Source: Erysipelotrichaceae bacterium MTC7 (GTDB lineage Bacteria > Bacillota_I > Bacilli_A > Erysipelotrichales > Erysipelotrichaceae). Taken from it: a stretch of 32,000 nucleotides of DNA. The stretch covers positions 30,001 through 62,000 of the forward strand of contig LVZN01000045.1 in assembly GCA_001695645.1 (NCBI GenBank), read 5' to 3'. Below, piece after piece: positions 8,979-15,822 of the stretch; the first letter of the stretch is position 1, and each line of letters starts with the position of its first letter. The notes under the pieces were generated by a model. It made no database searches, had not been told where the DNA came from, and was given only the letters and a program-made list of their open reading frames with translations. Both the position numbers and the translations under genes were made by a program.

Positions 8979-9640
8979 TCTTTTTCCTCTAGAATATAGC
9001 CAACACCACGGGATGAGCGAATCTCAATAGGTGCATCTTTCAACTTCGTGCGCAATTTGAAGGTGTGCACATCCACAATACGCGTATCTCCATCATAATC
9101 AAATCCCCAAATATCATTTAGAATTTGATCACGTGATACGACAATATTTGCATTACGGATAAAGTACGTTAAGAGATCGTACTCTTTTTTGGTTAACTGC
9201 AACAATTCATCATGGACGTATACTTTCCGCTTATTTTCATCTACTTTTAAACCCGAGAAATCCTGACTTTTCTTACTGCTGTGGCGTTTCAAATGCGATT
9301 GTACACGTACCAATAAAATCCTTGGTGAAAACGGCTTGGTAATATAATCATCAACCCCCGCTTCAAATGCTTCAAGAATGTTTGATTCTTCATCTTTTGC
9401 CGTCAACATAATCATGACGCCATCCAAACCTTTATCTCGGAACATTTTTACTAAATCAATTCCCTCAATTTTTGGAATCATCCAATCAATTAAAAATAAA
9501 TCGTAACGATTACTTAGCGCTTTTTGCAAAGCCACTTCGCCATCACTAGCTTCATCCACTTCATATCCAGCAAGCTTTAAATCATATGCTAATAATTTAC
9601 GAATATTTGCTTCATCTTCAATCAATAGTATTTTCTTCAT
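8975..9640 (-). CDS. OmpR/PhoB-family response regulator; PhoP-like motifs
   Basis: Start moved to ATG 9640 (MKKILLIEDEANIRKL…) after GAGGGTGGA. Motifs: DLFLIDWMIPKIEG, MLTAKDEE, KPFSPR, and a C-terminal winged helix (RIVDVHTFKLRTKL…SRGVGY). Confidence 0.9.
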   Translation of the reverse strand: MKKILLIEDEANIRKLLAYDLKLAGYEVDEASDGEVALQKALSNRYDLFLIDWMIPKIEGIDLVKMFRDKGLDGVMIMLTAKDEESNILEAFEAGVDDYITKPFSPRILLVRVQSHLKRHSSKKSQDFSGLKVDENKRKVYVHDELLQLTKKEYDLLTYFIRNANIVVSRDQILNDIWGFDYDGDTRIVDVHTFKLRTKLKDAPIEIRSSRGVGYILEEKE

Positions 9641-9753
9641 AATCCACCCTCGTTTTAACTTACTATAAAACAAATTAACCATTTAGAAAAGAAAAGTTAA
9701 CTAAAAACACAAAAGTTTACACAATCTTCATAAAGAATCCATCATTCCTAAAC

Positions 9754-9770
9754 AAAAAGGGCTTTCGCCC
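9754..9770 (-). terminator. Weak intrinsic terminator (GNRA-capped 4-bp GC stem plus U-tract) after the TetR cassette
   Basis: Minus strand reads GGGC-GAAA-GCCC-TTTTTGTTT, 10 nt after the stop at 9780. The stem is only 4 bp, so confidence is modest. Confidence 0.45.
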
Positions 9771-9779
9771 GGATTGGTT

Positions 9780-10043
9780 TTATGATTTCATAAATGGTAT
9801 TTTCTTGCGAATTCCACCTCTAACAACGCTAACAAGAACTTGTAGAATGTTTGCTACATCATCATTTGCATGACCAGTTTTATTTGCCACCCAAGCTACC
9901 ATTTCAGCATCAACCTTTGGTTTGAATGGTCGCTTAACTTCTTCAGTGCAATATTCTTCATATGCATCTGCAATATTTGTACAAATTTCTTTATCTTTAC
10001 CTGTTTGTTTCATTACTTCATTAATTACATTTGTGTAGTTCAT
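9780..10043 (-). CDS. Hypothetical 87-aa soluble protein whose N-terminus resembles the HU/IHF N-terminal helices (no beta-arm)
   Basis: Start moved to ATG 10043 (MNYTNVINEVMKQTGKDKEICTNIADAYEE…) with GAGGA 8 nt upstream. The frame is from the ORF track (9780..10079). It is the last gene of the TetR cassette. Confidence 0.6.
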   Translation of the reverse strand: MNYTNVINEVMKQTGKDKEICTNIADAYEEYCTEEVKRPFKPKVDAEMVAWVANKTGHANDDVANILQVLVSVVRGGIRKKIPFMKS

Positions 10044-10063
10044 TTTCTTGTCCTCTACTTCCC

Positions 10064-10264
10064 TTAAAATCCGATCCATTCAAAGATATTTGTCTCTTTT
10101 TCATCTTTGAAATCAAATGTGTCTTTATCATCATCTGTTTCTTTAAAATTTGTTTCTACATACTTTTGGATTGCTGGTTTATCTAAATTTCTTTCCACTA
10201 CTTGTGATACTAACCCAATCCCTACTAACATGACACATGCCACTACTACCTTATTTCTTTTCAT
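10064..10264 (-). CDS. Hypothetical 66-aa membrane-anchored or secreted acidic mini-protein
   Basis: GGAGG lies 8 nt before ATG 10264 (MKRNKVVVACVMLVGIGLVSQVV…). One N-terminal hydrophobic helix, then a D/E/K-rich tail (ETDDDKDTFDFKDEKE). It starts 22 nt downstream of the TetR stop. Confidence 0.55.
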   Translation of the reverse strand: MKRNKVVVACVMLVGIGLVSQVVERNLDKPAIQKYVETNFKETDDDKDTFDFKDEKETNIFEWIGF

Positions 10265-10286
10265 ATACATTTCCTCCTCGCCCTTT

Positions 10287-10922
10287 CTAGGCCTTTATAT
10301 GTTTGATCATTATTTCTGTAACTTTTGTTTTACTATTTTTTTGTTCATTAACTACAAGCATCTGAAAGATTGCATTTACAACACTTTCTATTTGTATTTC
10401 AATTGTAGATCCTTTAATATGACTCAAATCAAATAGTGTTTGAATTCCAGCAATTAAAAATTGAATGTCTTCTAATGGTTGCTTAGAAGTAAACTCTCCA
10501 TTTGCATTTCCTTCTTCAATCATTTGTGCATAGATTGGACAAATGACTTCAATGGTTCTTTGTAGCGTTCTTTGTTTCATCAATGCATTGTTTGCTTCAT
10601 AAAGTTGTTCAATCATTACTTTCTTATTGTCTGTTTTTGGTTTACTGAAGATACATTGCAGCAATTTATCCATTGCACTTAGCGTTTGGTTATCCATAAT
10701 TGTTTTTGCAATTTGTAAATCTTCATCGATAAAGCGCATAATTACAGCATCCATAACCTCTTCTTTTGATTGAAAGTAATAGTAAAAGGTCCCTTTTGCA
10801 ATTCCAACTTCTTTTAATATCGCATTTACCGTTGTGTCTTCATAACCCTTACTTGTAAACAGCGTTTCTGCACAATCTAATATTTCCTTGCGTTTTAGAT
10901 CGAATTCTTGTGTGTTTGACAT
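10287..10922 (-). CDS. TetR/AcrR-family transcriptional regulator
   Basis: Start moved to ATG 10922 (MSNTQEFDLKRKEILDCAETLFTSKGYEDTTVNAILKEVGIAKGTFYYYFQSKEE, the canonical TetR HTH) with AAGGAG upstream. Confidence 0.9.
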   Translation of the reverse strand: MSNTQEFDLKRKEILDCAETLFTSKGYEDTTVNAILKEVGIAKGTFYYYFQSKEEVMDAVIMRFIDEDLQIAKTIMDNQTLSAMDKLLQCIFSKPKTDNKKVMIEQLYEANNALMKQRTLQRTIEVICPIYAQMIEEGNANGEFTSKQPLEDIQFLIAGIQTLFDLSHIKGSTIEIQIESVVNAIFQMLVVNEQKNSKTKVTEIMIKHIKA

Positions 10923-10936
10923 GTCTTTCTCCTTAG

Positions 10937-10987
10937 TCGACCGCCGGTCTATAGATATATAATAATCGACCAACGGTCGAATGTCAA
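10937..10987 (-). promoter_or_regulatory. Sigma-A-type promoter with two TetR-type palindromic operators
   Basis: Minus strand reads TTGACA (10987-10982), then 17 nt (TTCGACCGTTGGTCGAT), then TATTAT (10964-10959). The spacer is itself the palindrome TCGACC-N3-GGTCGA. A second copy, GACCGGCGGTCGA (10949-10937), sits between the -10 and the SD. Both are GC-rich islands in AT-rich DNA. Confidence 0.7.
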
Positions 10988-11004
10988 CTATAGTTTGAAT
11001 TTTT

Positions 11005-11028
11005 GCAAAAAAAAGGGCTTTCGCCCTT
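11005..11028 (-). terminator. Intrinsic terminator of mgtA
   Basis: Minus strand reads AAGGGC-GAAA-GCCCTT followed by TTTTTTGC. It begins at the mgtA stop codon. Confidence 0.75.
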
Positions 11029-13730
11029 CAGAGTAATTCTCCATATTTCTTTATGTATAGTTTTTTCATTACACTTACACTCACAAAGTACAGTATCATA
11101 AACCCAAAAATCCATACGAAATAAATCAATGGAAGTGGTGTGAGTTCAAAGTATCCTCCCATTGGTACATATGGTAGAACTGTAATAATCACAACAGAAA
11201 TTGTCGTAAACAAAAGCAACATCGCTGATGGACGTGATTGAATAAAGGGAATCTTACTTGTTCGAATCAATTGGATAACAAAGGTTTGCGTCCACATTGA
11301 TTCAATTAACCAACCGGTTTGAAAAACTGCAATGTAGAGTAACCGTGTACTGTTGCTATCAATTTCATGGAATAGCAAACCACCACACATCATTGGACAA
11401 ATGACAAAATACAGCAATACATATGTCAAAATATCAAAGATGGAACTAATGGGTCCAAAATATTTCATGAAACTAGAAATCCCATCCGCATTCCATGTTC
11501 GAGGTTTTAATAAATACGAAGCATCCATGTGATCCCAAGGAATTGCGGTGCACGATAAGTCATAAACAAGATTCAGAAGAATCAACTGCACTGGATCCAT
11601 TGGTAAAAATGGCAGGAATGCACTTGCTACTAATACCGAGAACATATTTCCAAAATTTGAACTCGCTGTCATTTTGACATACTTGATCATATTCCCGTAG
11701 GTTTTACGTCCTTCAATAATTCCTTTTTCTAAGACCATTAAATCTTTTTCCAGCAAAATGATATCTGCACTTTCTTTGGCAATATCGACTGCCGTATCAA
11801 CCGAGATCCCAATATCCGCCTGGTTCATAGCCAATGCATCGTTAATCCCATCACCCATAAATCCAACTGCATGACCTTTTTCTTTCATCAGTTTCACAAG
11901 GCGTGATTTTTGTTGGGGTGATAGTTTTGCATAAATATCAACTTCATCGACTTTCGTTTTTACTTCTTCATCGCTCATTTGTTCCAAGTCACTTCCTAAA
12001 AGAATATCAGAACCATCCATGCCTACTTGTTCACAGATAGCTTTTGTAACTAAGTCATTGTCTCCAGTTAAGACTTTTACAGCAACGCCATAATGTTGTA
12101 AGGCTTTAATTGCTGCTTTGGTTGTTGGTTTTGGCGGATCAAGAAAAGCAAGGTAACCAATGAGCACCATGGCTTGTTCATCTTGCACACCAAAAGCATC
12201 TACTTCTCTTGGGTTGGTTTTTTGTGCAACAGCAATGACGCGCATACCTTCTTTATTTAACTCATCGACTACGCGAACAACTTTATCTCGAATATCATCA
12301 TGCAATTCTATCACTTGGCCATCAAGTTCAACAAATGAACAGATACTCAAGATTTCTTCGACTGCACCTTTGGTAATTAATTGTACTTTCTTCTGTTTAT
12401 CTTCTACGACAACACTCATTCGACGCCGATTAAAATCAAAAGGAATTTCATCGATTTTCTCATAACGATCTACAATGTCTTCGTACATGTGTTTCACTTT
12501 TGTTCGGTTGATAATGGCAACATCTATGTAGTTTTTTAATCCCGTTTGATAGTAACTATTTAAAAATGCATGACGCAACACCCGATCATCTTCATTCCCA
12601 TTAACATCCAAATTGTATTGCAAGACAACCTTATCTTGTGTGATAGTTCCTGTTTTATCCGTACACAAAATATCAATTGCCCCAAAATTTTGAATTGAAT
12701 TCATATTTTTTACAATGACTTTTTGTTTGGACATTCGGTATGCACCTTTTGCCAAACACGTAGTGGTAATCATTGGTAACATTTCTGGAGTTAATCCTAC
12801 AGCAATGGAAATTGCAAACATCAATGCATGTACAAAATCACCCTTTGTAAATCCATTAATGAAGAAAACAACAGGTACCATGACCATCATAAAACGAATC
12901 AATAACCAAGAGACGTTGTTCATCCCTTTTTCAAAGTTCGTTTCTTCTTTTTCTTGTATTTCTTGGGAAATTGAACCAATAAGTGTGTCATCACCCACGG
13001 CAACAACAACACCAGCTGCAGAACCTGAAACAACATCACTTCCCATAAACACTAAATTTGTATATTCAATGAATGGTTTGTCCTGTGTTTCAGTTTTAGC
13101 TACTTTTTCTACAGGTGCACTTTCACCAGTAATACTGCTTTGTTGTATAAATAAATCTTTGGTTTGAAAGAGACGCATATCTGCAGGAATCATATCTCCG
13201 GCAGCAAGATACACAATATCTCCAACAACCACTTCATCAATTGGAATCTCTTTAGCTTGTTCACCCAAACGTTTTACTCTTGTCGTATTCTCAATCATTT
13301 CATTTAGTTTTTCAGCTGCTTTGCTACTTCTTGTCTCTTGGACAAAGCGTAAAACACCACTAATAAGTACCATTAAAGAAATGATAATGATGGTTGTCCA
13401 ATCTTGTTTCTTCTCTGGCATGAGCACTACATCTGTCACATACGAAATGACCACCAATACCATTAAAATCACCGTAAATGGATTGATAAATGCATCAAAC
13501 AATCGTTTTGCTACTCCACCAGGTTCTTTGTTTGTTAAAGTATTTTTTCCATATGTTTCCATTTGTTCTTCAACAATGGCAGGGCTAATTCCCTCTTTAA
13601 AACTATCAAGCATGTCCAATAGATTTCCAACTGGTAGTTTGGCCGCTTGTTTCATCCGTTTCTTTTGTTCTTTTTGTTTTCGAATCTCGCTTTGTAAAGC
13701 TTCTTTTCTTTTCTTTTTGAAAATTGTCAT
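11028..13730 (-). CDS. mgtA: Magnesium-translocating P-type ATPase (MgtA/MgtB type)
   Basis: 900 aa. Phosphorylation motif CTDKTGTITQ, plus TGES, MVTGDN-like LTGDND and hinge GDGINDALAMNQADIG. About 10 TM segments. AGGAGG 8 nt before the ATG. An M-box leader lies upstream. Confidence 0.92.
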   Translation of the reverse strand: MTIFKKKRKEALQSEIRKQKEQKKRMKQAAKLPVGNLLDMLDSFKEGISPAIVEEQMETYGKNTLTNKEPGGVAKRLFDAFINPFTVILMVLVVISYVTDVVLMPEKKQDWTTIIIISLMVLISGVLRFVQETRSSKAAEKLNEMIENTTRVKRLGEQAKEIPIDEVVVGDIVYLAAGDMIPADMRLFQTKDLFIQQSSITGESAPVEKVAKTETQDKPFIEYTNLVFMGSDVVSGSAAGVVVAVGDDTLIGSISQEIQEKEETNFEKGMNNVSWLLIRFMMVMVPVVFFINGFTKGDFVHALMFAISIAVGLTPEMLPMITTTCLAKGAYRMSKQKVIVKNMNSIQNFGAIDILCTDKTGTITQDKVVLQYNLDVNGNEDDRVLRHAFLNSYYQTGLKNYIDVAIINRTKVKHMYEDIVDRYEKIDEIPFDFNRRRMSVVVEDKQKKVQLITKGAVEEILSICSFVELDGQVIELHDDIRDKVVRVVDELNKEGMRVIAVAQKTNPREVDAFGVQDEQAMVLIGYLAFLDPPKPTTKAAIKALQHYGVAVKVLTGDNDLVTKAICEQVGMDGSDILLGSDLEQMSDEEVKTKVDEVDIYAKLSPQQKSRLVKLMKEKGHAVGFMGDGINDALAMNQADIGISVDTAVDIAKESADIILLEKDLMVLEKGIIEGRKTYGNMIKYVKMTASSNFGNMFSVLVASAFLPFLPMDPVQLILLNLVYDLSCTAIPWDHMDASYLLKPRTWNADGISSFMKYFGPISSIFDILTYVLLYFVICPMMCGGLLFHEIDSNSTRLLYIAVFQTGWLIESMWTQTFVIQLIRTSKIPFIQSRPSAMLLLFTTISVVIITVLPYVPMGGYFELTPLPLIYFVWIFGFMILYFVSVSVMKKLYIKKYGELL

Positions 13731-13744
13731 GTTGTTAACCTCCT

Positions 13745-13834
13745 TTAAAGCACGCTAACAAATGACTCGCTTGAGTCATAGATTAACGGCATATGTATGA
13801 TCTGTATTTGCTCAGGTTTCGGTCCTTCGTCCAT
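13745..13834 (-). CDS. Candidate 29-codon leader ORF in the mgtA leader (MDEGPKPEQIQIIHMPLIYDSSESFVSVL)
   Basis: Below the ORF-track length cutoff and found by hand. AAAGGAG-N8-ATG (13834). The stop TAA (13747-13745) abuts the mgtA SD (TAAAGGAGG). Coding status is unproven. Confidence 0.4.
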   Translation of the reverse strand: MDEGPKPEQIQIIHMPLIYDSSESFVSVL

Positions 13835-13856
13835 ATGACTCACTCCTTTCCAACAT

Positions 13857-13884
13857 AGAAAAAGCCGCTCTCAAAAGAAAACGG
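13857..13884 (-). terminator. Intrinsic terminator (expression platform) of the M-box riboswitch
   Basis: Minus strand reads GCCGTTTTC-TTTT-GAGAGCGGC followed by TTTTTC. The stem is 9 bp including two G-U pairs. It lies directly after the aptamer 3' end. The aptamer 3' strand AAACGG can alternatively pair with CCGTTT of the terminator's 5' arm. Confidence 0.65.
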
Positions 13885-13905
13885 CATTAAAAAACGATGA
13901 CATTT

Positions 13906-14044
13906 CCGTTTGAGCTTTAGCTTTGTAGGGCGATGAAATTGCATTAGGTATGACCTTGAATCGATCATCCCTGCTAACCAGCGCATAGTGTCTCCACTAT
14001 TTTGCGGCAGCAACCCGTATCCCTACAGTAACCTTACTTACCGG
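13906..14044 (-). promoter_or_regulatory. M-box (ykoK-type) Mg2+ riboswitch aptamer
   Basis: Minus strand reads CCGGTAAGTAAGGTTACTGTAGGGATACGGGTTGCTGCCGCAAAATAGTGGAGACACTATGCGCTGGTTAGCAGGGATGATCGATTCAAGGTCATACCTAATGCAATTTCATCGCCCTACAAAGCTAAAGCTCAAACGG. This matches remembered M-box hallmarks (GUUAGGUGAGG-like 5' segment, GCUGCC(C/G)AAAA, ACGCU, AAGGU, GCUAAAGCUC..ACG) and sits upstream of a Mg2+ transporter. Recognised by eye, with no covariance-model run. Confidence 0.75.
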
Positions 14045-14057
14045 TTTTTCTAGACCC

Positions 14058-14086
14058 ATCATAACGCGATATAAAAAAATGCACAA
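14058..14086 (-). promoter_or_regulatory. Candidate promoter of the mgtA leader
   Basis: Minus strand reads TTGTGC (14086-14081), 17 nt, then TATGAT (14063-14058), about 15 nt upstream of the aptamer. Confidence 0.5.
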
Positions 14087-14156
14087 CCTTTTTCCATGAA
14101 ATGTTCACTTTCAGCTTATGGTAGAATGAACGTTTGTGTGCTATTATAATGATATT

Positions 14157-14582
14157 ATGAAATTTAAAAAAGCTACGACACAAAAAGAGTTATTTCAACT
14201 TATGCGAATTCGAATTGATGTATTTGTGGTCGAACAAGAAGTTGATCCTTGCATTGAAATCGATACAGCAGATGAAACTTGTGATCAATACGTTCTCTAC
14301 GATGATCAAAGTCAAATCGTTGGTACTTGTCGCGTCATCCAAGAAGGAACTTCTTGGCATGTTGGACGAGTCGCTGTAAAAAAAGATGCACGAAAACATA
14401 AGTATGGAAGTTATATGTTGGAACAAATCGAACAACTTGCACGCCAAGCAAATGCTACGCAATTGGAATTGGGTGCACAGGTTAGTGCAATGCATTTCTA
14501 CGAAAGAAATGGTTATGTGGGATATGGAGGTATCTTCTTAGATGCCCACATTGATCATATGATGATGGTGAAAACACTATGA
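14157..14582 (+). CDS. GNAT-family acetyltransferase (YjcF-like)
   Basis: Start moved to ATG 14157 (MKFKKATTQKELFQLMRIRIDVFVVEQEV…). Motif A VAVKKDARKHKYGSYML and C-terminal FYERNGY. Stop overlaps the next start (ATGA). Confidence 0.75.
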   Translation: MKFKKATTQKELFQLMRIRIDVFVVEQEVDPCIEIDTADETCDQYVLYDDQSQIVGTCRVIQEGTSWHVGRVAVKKDARKHKYGSYMLEQIEQLARQANATQLELGAQVSAMHFYERNGYVGYGGIFLDAHIDHMMMVKTL

Positions 14583-15808
14583 ATGCACGAAATCGAAATC
14601 TATCACAGGTAAGACAACCACAAAAGTTTGATTATATTCTTGCCTTAATTATCGCTTTATTCTTTGTGGCAAGTATCGTTGCGATTGCAGCCTGTAAACC
14701 TTTGCTACCAAGTTATTTATCCATGTGGGGCTTAGATGGCGTTCTAACAAAACAGATTTTATTCTATATTCTAGGAATTGTAATTATTGCCGTTATTATT
14801 TATTTCGGTAATGACAATCTCTTTGAATTTGCTAAGATTGGATACTTTATCTTCTTAGCAGGCTTGATCTATTTATTTTTATCCAGTCAAGTTGCCTATC
14901 GCTTTACCGGTCACTATTTGCCTTTGGCTTCTGCGGTAAACGGTTCAACTGCTTGGTTGCAAATTCCACTGCTTAACATTCAACCTTCCGAATTTATGAA
15001 GGTTATGTTGATTGTTATTAGTGCCTACGTCATTGAACAACACAACGAAATGAAAGAAGATGACTCCTTTGAAAGTGATATTCATCTATTCATTGAATTG
15101 TTGAAGTGGATTGCGGCTCCGGCCATTCTGATTTTACTTCAACCCGATACGGGAATCTTCATTTTAATTCTATTTTCGATTATGGTTATGGTGATTTGTT
15201 CGGGAATTCGTAGAGAATGGTTAATCTTTGGTGGTATTGTTATCGCCTTAGCACTTGTTATTTTCTTATATTTATTTTATTTCAATCAACCACTGTTTGT
15301 TAAAATCTTTGGTAACAGTTATAAAATCAAGCGTATCTATGGATGGTTGTATCCAGAAGAATACGCAACTGGAGTTGGTTTGCAGTTATACTCATCCTTG
15401 CTAGCGATGGGATCTGGTGGACTGTTAGGTCATGGTTTTCAAGCCAATTTAATCAGTTTCCCCGAACCACATACCGACTTTATCTTTGCGGTCATCGGCA
15501 TGAACTTTGGCCTTCTTGGAAATCTATTTGTTGTTGGTCTATGTGTCGCTTTGGATGTTCGATTATTCCTAATTGTTTCTCGTTCCAAAAACAATATTGA
15601 GAAACTCATGGTCATTGGTTTTCTAGCCATGTTCATTATTCAACAATTAGAAAACATCGGAATGGTTGTCGGTCTATTACCAATCACCGGTATCACCTTA
15701 CCACTTGTTAGTGCAGGTGGTTCAAGTATGTTATCATTCATGATTGCCTTTGGTATTATTATGAATGCATCATTAAAAGCAAAAAAGTTATCAGACTATG
15801 TATATTAG
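14579..15808 (+). CDS. SEDS-family peptidoglycan polymerase (FtsW/RodA/SpoVE)
   Basis: 409 aa, about 10 TM. Motifs: IQPSEFMKV, LQPDTG, PEPHTDFIFAVIG, LPITGITLPLVSAGGSSM. Confidence 0.9.
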   Translation: MNARNRNLSQVRQPQKFDYILALIIALFFVASIVAIAACKPLLPSYLSMWGLDGVLTKQILFYILGIVIIAVIIYFGNDNLFEFAKIGYFIFLAGLIYLFLSSQVAYRFTGHYLPLASAVNGSTAWLQIPLLNIQPSEFMKVMLIVISAYVIEQHNEMKEDDSFESDIHLFIELLKWIAAPAILILLQPDTGIFILILFSIMVMVICSGIRREWLIFGGIVIALALVIFLYLFYFNQPLFVKIFGNSYKIKRIYGWLYPEEYATGVGLQLYSSLLAMGSGGLLGHGFQANLISFPEPHTDFIFAVIGMNFGLLGNLFVVGLCVALDVRLFLIVSRSKNNIEKLMVIGFLAMFIIQQLENIGMVVGLLPITGITLPLVSAGGSSMLSFMIAFGIIMNASLKAKKLSDYVY

Positions 15809-15822
15809 TCCGATAACTTTTT
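15782..15822. terminator. Bidirectional terminator shared by convergent genes
   Basis: AAAAAGTTATCAGAC (15782-15796) pairs with GTCCGATAACTTTTT (15808-15822), 14 of 15 complementary, with an 11-nt loop and A/T runs on both sides. It overlaps both stop codons. Confidence 0.7.

Noticed and set aside
12160-13758. Three long plus-strand ORFs (101, 150 and 145 aa) inside mgtA
   Set aside because: These are antisense shadows of a long AT-rich gene. Their products are S/T/C-rich and low-complexity, none has an SD, and the last one runs across the mgtA start. They are not credible genes.
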